Source: Deltaproteobacteria bacterium
GTDB lineage: Bacteria; Desulfobacterota; Binatia; UBA12015
NCBI GenBank assembly: GCA_046583355.1
Contig: JAYGCM010000025.1
Coordinates: forward strand, 32,921-96,920
Direction: 5' to 3'
DNA: 64,000 bases
Below, piece after piece: positions 30,846 through 40,690 of the stretch (its first letter is position 1; each line of letters opens with the position of its first letter). The translations under genes and the position numbers were made by a program. A model generated the notes under the pieces. The model was not told the DNA's origin. It made no database searches and was given only the letters and a program-made list of their open reading frames with translations.

Positions 30846-31571
30846 ATGGCGATTCGCGAAGAAGAAGTGACGTACCGGGCGGGCGATACCACGCTCAAAG
30901 GATTCTTGGCGCTCCCCGAGGGCGCTGGGCCGCATCCGGCCGTATTGGTGGTGCATGAGTGGTGGGGGCTGACGGATTATATCCGTGGCCGAGCGCGCCA
31001 GATGGCCGAGCTTGGCTACGTCGGCTTGGCGGTCGATATGTACGGCGCCGGGCAGGTTGCCGACGATCCGTCGGCGGCTGGCAAGCTCATGGGCTCGGTC
31101 ACCGAAAATATTCAGGTCGGCGAGCTGCGCTTTCGTGCCGCCCTGGATCTCGTGGATGCCCGCGACGACGTCGCTTCTGGCAAAATCGCTGCGATCGGCT
31201 ATTGCTTCGGCGGCGCGATTGTCCTGCAGGCCGCCAAGGTCGGCATGCCGCTGGCGGCCGTGGTCAGCTTCCACGGCGCGCTGGGCTCCTTTCACGCGCC
31301 GGCTGCGGGCGAGGTGAAAGCCCGCGTTCTTGTCTGCCACGGAGCAGACGACGTTCTGGTGCCGGATGCCGATATCGAAAATTTCAAGAAAGAAATGGAT
31401 GCGGCCGGTGCGAACTACGCATTCGAGGCGTATCCGGGCGCGTTGCACGGCTTCAGTAATCCCGAGGCCGATGAACGGGCCAAGGCCTACGGTATGCCGA
31501 TTGGCTACGACCCGGCGACCGATAAAAAATCCTTCGCCGCCATGCAGGCACTTTTCCTAGAGGTCTTCTGA
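30846..31571 (+). CDS. Dienelactone hydrolase family protein
   Basis: HEWWG, GYCFGG, HGADD, HGF. Confidence 0.92.
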   Translation: MAIREEEVTYRAGDTTLKGFLALPEGAGPHPAVLVVHEWWGLTDYIRGRARQMAELGYVGLAVDMYGAGQVADDPSAAGKLMGSVTENIQVGELRFRAALDLVDARDDVASGKIAAIGYCFGGAIVLQAAKVGMPLAAVVSFHGALGSFHAPAAGEVKARVLVCHGADDVLVPDADIENFKKEMDAAGANYAFEAYPGALHGFSNPEADERAKAYGMPIGYDPATDKKSFAAMQALFLEVF

Positions 31572-31631
31572 GCCAAGCGGCGGCCGGCGCGTGGTCGCGT
31601 GTCGGGTGCGCATCGGATAGGCAGGGGCTCG

Positions 31632-32549
31632 ATGTCGACCACAGCCACTCCAAAGAGGCCCGAACTCCCCAACCCGAACGCCGATCATTACCGCATGGAA
31701 GGCTCGCCGCGTCCGATGCCGCGGACGACCTCGGTGATTGACAGGGGTATCGGCAAGCCTTTTTTGACGAAATGGGCGGGCAATCTGGAGCGCCGCCGGA
31801 TTCTGGCCGAGCTCGGCGATGCATTGAGCGAGGAGCTGACAGCCGAGCAGGGCGCGGCGGTCCTGGGGAATCTGAAGAGCCGGCTCGCACCGGACCCCTA
31901 TTGCGAGGTCGAGAAGAACACGGCCGGCGCCTTCGGTACGGCCGCGCACGGATTGGTCGAGGCCTACCTGCACCAGCGGCTGGGGCATGAAATGGCTGCA
32001 GCGGATGAGGCTCCGGCACCCTTGGTGGCGCGCGCTGCCGGGTTGGCAATCGAATGGTTCGAGAAGGTGGAGTTCGAGCCCGATCCGGACGGAATCGAGG
32101 AGCGGCTCTGGAGCGAGGACAAGGATCTTTGGTCGGCCGGGACGGCCGACGCGTTCGGCACCGCCAACCTCGGCCTGATGGTCGCGCATTCCCGCTGGAA
32201 CCGGGCGCCGAAGGAAGCGATCGACCCGGCGCTGCGGGTGCCGGTTCTGGTCGATCTCAAGACCTCGAAGTCGATCGGCGTCTCGCATAAGGTGCAGACG
32301 GCTGCGTATATCACCTATTTGATCGAGCGCGGGCGAATCGAGAAGGCCTGCCATAGCTGCATCCTGCGGGTGGCCAAGACCGAAGAGGATCCGCATCCGA
32401 CCGAGGCGCTCCTGATGCACCCCGACGAGTTTCTGCGCTATGGGGGCGCCTTCCGGTTCATCCGTCGGATCTTCAATTTCCTCTCACAGGAAGAAGAGTT
32501 GGAACAGCGCCATTGGCGCGAGAAGCGCTCGCGCAGCAAAGCGCGCTAG
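31632..32549 (+). CDS. PD-(D/E)XK (RecB/Cas4/MGME1-like) exonuclease-family protein
   Basis: TTSVI, GTAAH, IEER, GTAD, VDLKTS and QTAAY in the canonical order. Confidence 0.75.
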   Translation: MSTTATPKRPELPNPNADHYRMEGSPRPMPRTTSVIDRGIGKPFLTKWAGNLERRRILAELGDALSEELTAEQGAAVLGNLKSRLAPDPYCEVEKNTAGAFGTAAHGLVEAYLHQRLGHEMAAADEAPAPLVARAAGLAIEWFEKVEFEPDPDGIEERLWSEDKDLWSAGTADAFGTANLGLMVAHSRWNRAPKEAIDPALRVPVLVDLKTSKSIGVSHKVQTAAYITYLIERGRIEKACHSCILRVAKTEEDPHPTEALLMHPDEFLRYGGAFRFIRRIFNFLSQEEELEQRHWREKRSRSKAR

Positions 32550-32578
32550 CGCGCCGGCGAGCAGGAGGCCGAGAATCA

Positions 32579-34033
32579 ATGGCGGAACAACACGGTAACG
32601 TCACCTACCATGTCCCGGAAGACGGCTATTTTGAAAAGCGTGGCTTGAAGAAATCGGCCGGCGTCTTCTCGCTCTGGGCGCTCGGCGTCGGTGCGGTGAT
32701 CTCGGGGGATTTCTCTGGCTGGAATCTCGGCGTCGGGCAGGCGGGCTTCGGTGGCTTCCTGGTCGCGCTCTGTGTGATCACTTGGATGTACCTCGGCCTT
32801 TGTTTTTCGATTGCCGAGATGTCGCCCGCCCTGCCGCATACCGGCGGCGCCTATTCGTTTGCCCGCACTGCGCTCGGGCCTTTTGCGGGCTACATTACGG
32901 GGCTGGCCGAGAACCTGGAATACGTCATCACGACGGCGGTGGTCTGCTATTTTACCGCGGCCTATTTGCAGGGAATTTTTCAGACCCCGGACGGCTTCCA
33001 GCCGGCATGGTGGGCCTTGCTCTATCTGCTTTTCGTCGGCCTGAACATCTGGGGCGTCGAGGAGAGTCTGCGCTTCGTTGTCGGCATCACGCTACTGGCG
33101 CTCGCGATTCTCGTAGTTTTTTATCTGACGGCGCTGCCGCATTTCCGCTGGGAGCTCTTGTGGAATATCGAGCCTGCCCCCGGCGGCTCGACCTTCCTGC
33201 CTTTCGGCTGGCGGGGTGTGGGTGCGGCGCTGCCCTTTGCGATCTGGCTCTACCTGGCAATCGAGCAATTGCCGCTAGCCGCCGAGGAAGCCATCGACGT
33301 GAAGCGCGATATGCCGCGCGGTCTTCTCTGGGGCCTGGGTACTTTGATCGTGACCGGCTTCCTGATTACCTTTCTGAATATGGGGATCGGCGGTGGGGCA
33401 GCGCATTTCGGCACGGCCACCGAGGAGCCGCTGCTCGAGGGGTTGACGATCACGCTCGGGGTGACCAGCGGACGCGTGCTCGGGCTGGTTGCTGTGGCTG
33501 GCTTGATCGCCAGCCTGCACGCGATCATCTACGCCTATGGCCGCAATATCTACTCGCTTAGTCGCGCCGGCTATTTCCCCAAATGGATGTCGCTGACCCT
33601 GGGCGAGCGCAAGACGCCGCATGTGGCGCTGATCATCGGCGCTCTGCTCGGCTACGGCGTTTTGATGCTGCTCTACCTGACCGGCGATAGCGGTGTTTTC
33701 GGTGGGGTGATCCTCAATATGGCGGTCTTCGGAGCCGTGATCGCCTACGCGATGCAGATGGCCGCGTTCATCGTTCTGCGCCGCGACTTTCCGGATATCG
33801 AGCGGCCCTACGTCAGCCCGCTTGGCCTGGTAGGCGCATGGAGTGCGCTCTTGATCGCCCTGGGCACGCTCGTGATGCTTTTCCTGAACCCGGCCTTCCG
33901 TCTCGGCGTGATCGGCGTGGCCGCATGGTTCGTTGCCGGGATCGCGTATTTTCAGTTCTACGCGCGCTTCCATATGGTGCTCTCGCCCGAGGAGGAGTTC
34001 GCGATTCAGCACCGCCGGACCTCTAAGGGTTGA
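32579..34033 (+). CDS. APC amino acid permease (ethanolamine-permease-like)
   Basis: GVGAVISGDFSGWN, GGAYSF, AIEQLPLAAEE; many transmembrane segments. Confidence 0.9.
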   Translation: MAEQHGNVTYHVPEDGYFEKRGLKKSAGVFSLWALGVGAVISGDFSGWNLGVGQAGFGGFLVALCVITWMYLGLCFSIAEMSPALPHTGGAYSFARTALGPFAGYITGLAENLEYVITTAVVCYFTAAYLQGIFQTPDGFQPAWWALLYLLFVGLNIWGVEESLRFVVGITLLALAILVVFYLTALPHFRWELLWNIEPAPGGSTFLPFGWRGVGAALPFAIWLYLAIEQLPLAAEEAIDVKRDMPRGLLWGLGTLIVTGFLITFLNMGIGGGAAHFGTATEEPLLEGLTITLGVTSGRVLGLVAVAGLIASLHAIIYAYGRNIYSLSRAGYFPKWMSLTLGERKTPHVALIIGALLGYGVLMLLYLTGDSGVFGGVILNMAVFGAVIAYAMQMAAFIVLRRDFPDIERPYVSPLGLVGAWSALLIALGTLVMLFLNPAFRLGVIGVAAWFVAGIAYFQFYARFHMVLSPEEEFAIQHRRTSKG

Positions 34034-34065
34034 ACTCTCGCGAGCGTTCCGGAAGGATCGCCGCG

Positions 34066-35394
34066 ATGTCATCTGAACAGGCCAGCGATCCGGAGCGACC
34101 GGGCGAGTTTTCCAAGTCCTATACGCGCTTCGCGCTGGGGCTTCTTCTCCTCGTCTATATTTTCAATTTCGTCGATCGCCAGATCGTTGCGATCCTCTTG
34201 CAATCGATCAAGGAAGATCTGGATCTCAGCGACACCCAGCTTGGGTTCTTCTCGGGCACGGCGTTTGCGCTTTTCTACTCGACGCTGGGGATTCCCATCG
34301 CGCGTTGGTCGGACCGTAATTCGCGCACCAAGTTGATCGCCGGGGCGTTGCTGGTGTGGAGCGCGATGACCACTTTGCAGGGCTTTGCCAAGAGCTTCGC
34401 CGTGCTCGCTGCCGCTCGGGTGGGTGTCGGCGTGGGTGAGGCCGGTTGTAGTCCGCCGGCGCATTCGATGCTGGCCGATTTTTTCCCCGTCTCGAAACGC
34501 GCGACGGTATTTGCCGTCTACGCGCTCGGCATTCCGATCGGCAGCGCCATCGGCTACGCGACGGGTGGTTGGGTTGCGGAGAATGTGGGCTGGCGCGCTG
34601 CTTTTGTGGTCGTCGGCGTTCCGGGGATCGTGCTGGCCGCGATTGTCCGACGCACGCTCAAGGAGCCGACGCGCGGCTATTGGGACAATGCTGCGAAGGT
34701 CCAGGAACAGGAACCCGTTCGCGTGGTCGCGCGTTTTCTTGCCGGACGACGTTCCTTCGTCCATCTCGCCTTTGCGGGCGCCCTGCATGCCTTCATCGGC
34801 TACGGCGCAGGTGCCTTCAACCCGGCCTTCTATGAACGCCTGCACGACTTTTCCCGCGCCGAACTGGGCTATGTGCTTGGCGCGGTATCCTTGACCGCCG
34901 GTGTGGCGGGCACCTTCGCCGGTGGTTGGATTACGGATCGGCTCTCGAAGCGCGACATTCGATGGTATGTCTGGTTTCCTGCCTTGACAACCGTTTTGAG
35001 CGTGCCCTTCCTGGCTCTTTTTTATCTTGAGCCGGACCGCTGGACGGCGGTGGCTTGGAGCCTCCTTCCGGCCTTGTTGGCGGGCGCCTATCTGGGTCCC
35101 ACCTTCGCCTTGACGCAGAATATGGTCCCCGCACGCTGGCGCTCGCAGGCATCGGCGCTGTTGCTTCTGGTGCTCAATCTGATCGGACTCGGGCTCGGAC
35201 CCCAATTTGTCGGCTGGGTTTCCGATATGCTCGCGCCCGAGTACGGTTTGGAAAGCATCCGCCAGGCATTGGTGTGGACCACGACCATCGGCGCTGCCTG
35301 GGCGACGATTCATTATCTCCTTGCGGCGCGCACTTTGAGCGTCGACCTGGAGGCGCAATACCAGCTTGATGACGAGAAAGGCGAAATGGCATGA
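34066..35394 (+). CDS. MFS transporter (spinster-like)
   Basis: NFVDRQI, DLDLSDTQLG, GVGEAG. Confidence 0.9.
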   Translation: MSSEQASDPERPGEFSKSYTRFALGLLLLVYIFNFVDRQIVAILLQSIKEDLDLSDTQLGFFSGTAFALFYSTLGIPIARWSDRNSRTKLIAGALLVWSAMTTLQGFAKSFAVLAAARVGVGVGEAGCSPPAHSMLADFFPVSKRATVFAVYALGIPIGSAIGYATGGWVAENVGWRAAFVVVGVPGIVLAAIVRRTLKEPTRGYWDNAAKVQEQEPVRVVARFLAGRRSFVHLAFAGALHAFIGYGAGAFNPAFYERLHDFSRAELGYVLGAVSLTAGVAGTFAGGWITDRLSKRDIRWYVWFPALTTVLSVPFLALFYLEPDRWTAVAWSLLPALLAGAYLGPTFALTQNMVPARWRSQASALLLLVLNLIGLGLGPQFVGWVSDMLAPEYGLESIRQALVWTTTIGAAWATIHYLLAARTLSVDLEAQYQLDDEKGEMA

Positions 35395-36386
35395 ACGTTT
35401 CGATGTGGGGCAAAGCGCTCACCGTGATGCCGCGCATCACGAAAGAGGATTGGGACGGGCTCGATATCGTCTCGCGCTGGCTGATCGCCTCACGCGCGGC
35501 CGTACTCGTGATGACTTTGGTCTCGGCCGCTTTCGGCGGCCTGCTGGCGGCCAAGGCGGGCGTCTTCTCTTGGGGGCCTTTCCTGCTCTGCGCGCTCGGG
35601 CTCTGTCTCGCGCATGCGACCAATAACCTCGTCAATGACCTGACCGATTATTGGAAGGGCGTCGACGAGGATAATTATTTCCGCACGCAATACGGCCCGC
35701 AGACCGTCCAGGCCGGTTTTCTCTCGGTGCGCGGCCTGATGACCTACGCCGCCCTGACGGGATTGGCGGCGGCCGCCGTCGGCGCCATGCTGGTGGTGGA
35801 GCAGGGCGTAGGCGTGCTCTGGTTGATCCTTGCGGGCGCCTTCTTCGTGCTTTTCTATACTTGGCCACTCAAATTCATCGGCCTCGGTGAGCCGGCCGTG
35901 CTGGCCGTCTGGGGTCCGCTGATGGTGGGCGGCACCTATTACGTGATCACCGGTACTTGGAGTACGGAAGTGGCGTGGGCCAGCATCGCCTACGGCTTGG
36001 GTCCGACTGCAGTCCTCTTTGGCAAGCATATCGACAAACTTGACCTCGATGAGGCAAAGGGAATCCATACTTTGCCGGTGCTACTTGGCGAGAAAGCCTC
36101 GCGGATGGGCGTGCTGGTGATGCTCGGCTTGCAGCTGGTCGTGACCGCCGGGCTGGTCGCGAGCGGCTACTTCCTCTGGCCGATGCTGCTTTGCTTCGCC
36201 GCTATTCCGTCCTTGCCGAGGGTATGGCAGATCTACCGCAATCCGCGGCCCGCCGAGGCACCGCCGGAGCTGCCCGAGGGAATCTGGCCGCTTTATTTTG
36301 TTGCGATTACCTTTTGGTATAATCGGCGCTTCGGCCTGCTTTTTGTCGCCGGCCTGGTGGGCGACCTCATTCTAACGCGCTGGTAG
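35391..36386 (+). CDS. UbiA-family prenyltransferase (MenA-like)
   Basis: NDLTDYWKGVD, KFIGLGE, DLDEAKGIHTL. Confidence 0.85.
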   Translation: MNVSMWGKALTVMPRITKEDWDGLDIVSRWLIASRAAVLVMTLVSAAFGGLLAAKAGVFSWGPFLLCALGLCLAHATNNLVNDLTDYWKGVDEDNYFRTQYGPQTVQAGFLSVRGLMTYAALTGLAAAAVGAMLVVEQGVGVLWLILAGAFFVLFYTWPLKFIGLGEPAVLAVWGPLMVGGTYYVITGTWSTEVAWASIAYGLGPTAVLFGKHIDKLDLDEAKGIHTLPVLLGEKASRMGVLVMLGLQLVVTAGLVASGYFLWPMLLCFAAIPSLPRVWQIYRNPRPAEAPPELPEGIWPLYFVAITFWYNRRFGLLFVAGLVGDLILTRW

Positions 36387-37182
36387 TCTTGCGCCGCGCC
36401 AGCAGCAACGCGGCGCCGGAGACCAGCGTCATGGCGAGCGCGACCCAGAAGATCTGCGGTAGGGGACCCCAATAGACTCGCGTCTCATGGTCGACACGGA
36501 TCGGCTCGAGCAGCGTGCTGGACGCCGAGAAGAGGAAAAGCAGCCAGAGGCCGAGTTGCCCGACGTAGCGGCGCCGCGGACGCAGCCAGAGCAGGAAGGC
36601 TGTAATCGAGAGTGCTGCGGCGGCAAAATAGAGCGGTAGGGGATGAATCGGCAGCGTTTGAGCGGCGTCGCGTGCCAGCAGGCCGTATTCGACTTGCGCA
36701 TGCCAGGTATAGCTCTCGGGTCCCAAGGTAACGGCCCAAGGCAGGGCGCAGACCTGGCCGTAGCAGCAGCCGTTGAGGAAGCAGCCGATCCGCGCCAGCG
36801 CGATGCCGACCCCGACGGCCGGTGCGAAGCCGTCGACCAGAGCGCCGGTGGGGAGACGGAGTAGGCGCAGCCCGGCGGCGCCGCCCAATGCCAGGCCGAG
36901 AATCGCGCCGGGTGCGTGCAGGCCACCGCTGGAGAGCCGGAAGAGGCGCCACGGATCGGCCTCGAAGAAATGCCATTTGGTCAGCGCGAAATGTAGACGT
37001 CCACCTGCGAAGACGGCGACCAGCAGGATCGCCAGCGCAGCCAATACGCGCCCGAGCGGAAGTCCTTCGCGGCGTACGCACCAAAAAATGCCGAGCCCGC
37101 CCGCAAGGAGGACGGCCAGGCCGACCATGAGGTCATGACTCGGCAAGGGCCCGATCAGAGGCAGGTTTATTTTGGGATACAT
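36367..37182 (-). CDS. Prolipoprotein diacylglyceryl transferase (Lgt)-family protein, divergent
   Basis: MYP start, GGRL, RIGCFLNGCCYG, LPWAV, HPLPLY, EPIR. The usual GGLxFxGG region reads GGLHAPGA. Confidence 0.85.
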   Translation of the reverse strand: MYPKINLPLIGPLPSHDLMVGLAVLLAGGLGIFWCVRREGLPLGRVLAALAILLVAVFAGGRLHFALTKWHFFEADPWRLFRLSSGGLHAPGAILGLALGGAAGLRLLRLPTGALVDGFAPAVGVGIALARIGCFLNGCCYGQVCALPWAVTLGPESYTWHAQVEYGLLARDAAQTLPIHPLPLYFAAAALSITAFLLWLRPRRRYVGQLGLWLLFLFSASSTLLEPIRVDHETRVYWGPLPQIFWVALAMTLVSGAALLLARRKTTSALE

Positions 37183-37291
37183 GGCAATCGTACGCCATTG
37201 CTCTACGGCTGTAGCAGGTGCTCCCCGGAGGCGGGGCAAGCGGTCGTGCCGACTTCCGCCAAGCGCCTGGCGCGGGGCTGCGCGAGGGGCC

Positions 37292-40200
37292 TCATAAGCT
37301 GCAGGCGCACTCTCCGCCGGAGTCCAAACAGGACCCGCCGCATGCCGAGCATGCCTCGCCCGTCCGGCAGCTGCCTGCGCTACAGATACCCGCCGTGCAG
37401 ATATCATTGGTCGTGCATAAATTACCATCGCAACCGGCCGTGCCATCAGCCTTGAATTGGCAATCGGAGGCGCAGCAGCCGAGCCCGCCTTGGCCGTTCG
37501 CTTCGCCCGCGTCACATTGCTCGCCGCTTTCGAGGGTGCCGTTGCCGCAGACTGCGGGCGGCGGAACCTCGCCTGTGGCCTGCAGGCACCAGCCGTTAAG
37601 TATGCCGGTGTCGGCGCCGGCCGAATCCGCGACGATAAGCGTCCATTCGCCGCCGATATTCTCGCCGTCAAAAGCACTCAGGGCCTCGTGCGGTATAAAC
37701 ACCCCGCTGATCGCCATTGGCCCCGCAGCGTCACATTCGTCTTCGACGTTGCTCGCGCCCTCATCGTCGAGGACGGCTTGGATATCATCCAATGAGCAAC
37801 CGAACGAGCCGGTGGCTGGGTTGCCCGGGCGGTCGAGGAGGATGACGCTAGTGCCTGTTTCCGCATGCGTCAGCGTGATCGTAAGATCACCGACCCAGCT
37901 ATGCGCGATCTCAAGTGAGACATCGAGGTCGTCCAATTCGATGCCGGGCGAGAGGTGGATGCTGTTGGAGAGCGAGCCACTGCCATCGGGGATGGCGGCA
38001 AAGGGCTGGCTGCAGAGGCCGGCAGGTGTCGGGGCCGGTGTGCCGGTCGGCTTCGGGCTCAAGGTCGGGGCCGGCGTGGACGTGGCTATAGGAGTCTCCG
38101 TGGGTACCGGAATATCGGTCGGCTCGGGTGTTGCTGTAGGTACGGGCGTGGGTGTTGGTGTACCGGTATCGCCTTCGCAGGCGTAGACCTGCACATCGTC
38201 GAGGTACCAGCCGATAATCCCGTTGCAGCCGTCCACGCCGAATTCGAAGCGCAGCGCTACGGTATCGCCGGCCGTCGCGAAGCCGGCCAAGGATGCCTGG
38301 GAGGTTCCCCAGCTGCCGCCGTTGGAGCCGCCGTCGGTGCCGGTGAAGGCATCTTCGCCGCCGAGCGGGTTGTCGCTGGCCGAGAGCGTGGCGTTGTAGG
38401 CGTTGAAGCTGAAGGCCGAAGAGGGCAGGAGCGTCCAGGTGCCTCCGTTGACCGAGACCTTCACGTTGGCGCCATCCCAGCCATCTTCGGTGGCGACCCA
38501 ATGGTCGAAGGCGAGAAGGGGTGTGGTTACATCGCCGGGGATCGTCACGCTGGGGGACTCCAGGACCAGGACGCCCGCTTCGGTATCGGTCTGGCAGTCG
38601 CCGATCACAAGATCGGCCACAAACGCACCCGCTCCGGCACGGCTGCTGGGCAGAGGACTGACCACGGCCCAATCGGGGGTATCGAAGGTGGCAGCATTCG
38701 CAACGGCGCGGGTGGATGCGGTCCAGGCGCCGATGCCACTCTCCCAATCCTGCAAAAGCAGGGAGTTGGGGGTCGCGCCGCCGCAGAGCGCGGGTGCGCC
38801 GGGGCTGAGCAAGGTGGTGAAGCTACAGGAAGGTAGGGTGCGCAGCTCGGTCGCCGCGATGGCATCGCTGACTTCGGTACAATCGGACATCGTGATGGCG
38901 GCACCCATCGTCCCCCAGCTGGCAGAGCCGGCGGTGGTTACGTCGTAGAGCGCAACCCCGACGAGGTCGGCGCAGGAGGCTTCGAGTGCGGTCGCCAGGT
39001 CATGGAAATCACTTGCCTGTACGAGGTAGGTGGCCCCCGCGCGCCAGAAGAGGTGGGCCGCCTTGTTGAGTCCGAGCGCGATGATCGTGCGGCCGTTGTA
39101 GGTGCCGCCGTCGGTGATCAGGGCGAACGCATGGTTGGGAACGCCGGAGTTGATATGGACTCCGCCACCGTCTCCCGAGTCGCACCAATAATCCGAAGAG
39201 AGGACGCGGCCGGGGTCGCCATAGCATTCCGGGCGCCACATATCGCGAATCGCGCCACCGAAGGCGGGGTCGTCTTCGCCCGAGATCCAGCGATACGACG
39301 CATCGCCCTTGGGGTTGCCTTGGCCGTAATCGGAGCAGATATCGCCGCTGCTGGCGCGCAGGCCGCCTGGCGAGTCGGTGCCGCGGCCGTTGAGCAGGTC
39401 GACCACCTCGCCCCAGATATCCGAGTAGGATTCGTTCAGCGCACCGGATTGCCATTGGTAGATCAGGTTGCTGGTGTACTGCGTGAAGGCGTGGCCCCAT
39501 TCGTGCGCGACGGTATCGTCGCCGGTCACACCATCGCAATAATTGGTGGAAGTGCCGTTCCAGGAGGCGTTCGGGCAGCTGATATTCGGGTCGTTATTGA
39601 CCGTGCGCATGGTGGCGTCAGCGCTATCAAAAGAGAGCCAGGCGCCGTTGGTCAGGCTCGCGGCCATATTATAGGACTCGATGGCGCCGTCGATCTCATC
39701 CTGCCATGCGCTGACCTGCTGAACCGAACCATTCGCCCAGCCTGCGCTGATCGGATCGGGGTCGCCTTCTTTCCAGACGACGTTGCCGATTGTCGACTCC
39801 GAGACCTGGCGGTTCACGGTCTCGAAGATGCCGGTGATCTGCTCGACGCGGTCGCCGTTATGGGCATCGATGAAGACGAATTCGCGGATATTGGCGGCGG
39901 TGTCGGCGACCTCGACCTCGTAGACCAGGCGGGGTTGCACATCTTTGCCGCTGAGGAGGCCGGTGGGGAAGACCTGCAAGCCGTGGTCTATGGTGGTGAA
40001 GAAGGAGGCATCGGCGGCGCGCTGGCCTGCAACGATATCGCGCGCCAGGATGGCGGCCGATTCGGGTGCGAGCGAGGGCGTCGTACTGAGAATGGCCGGA
40101 ACCGGGACAAAGGCCCCGTTGAGCATCGAGAGACGGCCTGCGGCATCGAGGTGGGCTTGCAGCGAAGCCCCGTGGACATCCAGGCCGCGGAAAATCTGCT

Positions 40201-40537
40201 GGTAGGCGATTCGGCGGCGGCCCAAGGCATCGCTTTGGTCCGAGACTTCCCGTAGTTCCTCGGCGGGGTTCCGGATGCCGAAGAGCGAACCCCAGCGGCC
40301 GAGGAAGGCATCGGCTTTGGCGCGGGGCGCGGCCGAGCGGCTGTCCAGCGGTGCGAGATCATTGCCTTCGGCGACCCGCACGAAGCGGGCGGTGCCTGTC
40401 GCCTCGCGCGTCGCTGTCTGGAGGCTCGCGCCGGCGCTGCGGCGCAGCTGGTCGAGAGTCCCGGCGCTTGCGGCGGCCGCAGGCATCAGGATGAGCAGGG
40501 CAGCCGCAGCCGCTGTGGGGAATGTCACTGGTCTCAT
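37292..40537 (-). CDS. Secreted M4 (thermolysin-like) metallopeptidase with P-proprotein domain and Cys-rich C-terminal module
   Basis: Signal peptide, propeptide, AHEWGH, GALNESYSD, GGVHINSG, P-domain HSWVGDL, 15-Cys tail. Confidence 0.92.
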   Translation of the reverse strand: MRPVTFPTAAAAALLILMPAAAASAGTLDQLRRSAGASLQTATREATGTARFVRVAEGNDLAPLDSRSAAPRAKADAFLGRWGSLFGIRNPAEELREVSDQSDALGRRRIAYQQIFRGLDVHGASLQAHLDAAGRLSMLNGAFVPVPAILSTTPSLAPESAAILARDIVAGQRAADASFFTTIDHGLQVFPTGLLSGKDVQPRLVYEVEVADTAANIREFVFIDAHNGDRVEQITGIFETVNRQVSESTIGNVVWKEGDPDPISAGWANGSVQQVSAWQDEIDGAIESYNMAASLTNGAWLSFDSADATMRTVNNDPNISCPNASWNGTSTNYCDGVTGDDTVAHEWGHAFTQYTSNLIYQWQSGALNESYSDIWGEVVDLLNGRGTDSPGGLRASSGDICSDYGQGNPKGDASYRWISGEDDPAFGGAIRDMWRPECYGDPGRVLSSDYWCDSGDGGGVHINSGVPNHAFALITDGGTYNGRTIIALGLNKAAHLFWRAGATYLVQASDFHDLATALEASCADLVGVALYDVTTAGSASWGTMGAAITMSDCTEVSDAIAATELRTLPSCSFTTLLSPGAPALCGGATPNSLLLQDWESGIGAWTASTRAVANAATFDTPDWAVVSPLPSSRAGAGAFVADLVIGDCQTDTEAGVLVLESPSVTIPGDVTTPLLAFDHWVATEDGWDGANVKVSVNGGTWTLLPSSAFSFNAYNATLSASDNPLGGEDAFTGTDGGSNGGSWGTSQASLAGFATAGDTVALRFEFGVDGCNGIIGWYLDDVQVYACEGDTGTPTPTPVPTATPEPTDIPVPTETPIATSTPAPTLSPKPTGTPAPTPAGLCSQPFAAIPDGSGSLSNSIHLSPGIELDDLDVSLEIAHSWVGDLTITLTHAETGTSVILLDRPGNPATGSFGCSLDDIQAVLDDEGASNVEDECDAAGPMAISGVFIPHEALSAFDGENIGGEWTLIVADSAGADTGILNGWCLQATGEVPPPAVCGNGTLESGEQCDAGEANGQGGLGCCASDCQFKADGTAGCDGNLCTTNDICTAGICSAGSCRTGEACSACGGSCLDSGGECACSL

Positions 40538-40690
40538 TGGGATCCTCCGTCTGGCCTGTCAAGTTTACGCAAACAGATATCCTTTGGGAAGACGCCGCTG
40601 GAAAAAAAAGGTCGGCAATTCGGCTGGGAAACTCAAGCTCCGGGCCTGCTTTTCGGCCCTACCTCTTGAGGTACCGGATTATCTGAGCTG

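Noticed and set aside
31632..32549. Cas4 / CRISPR adaptation gene
   Set aside because: Lacks the Fe-S Cys pattern and any cas or array context.
35391..37310. Prenylation of the CACSL/CACVV termini by the neighbouring prenyltransferase
   Set aside because: The termini are not CaaX, and the enzyme is a convergent MenA/UbiA-type aromatic prenyltransferase.
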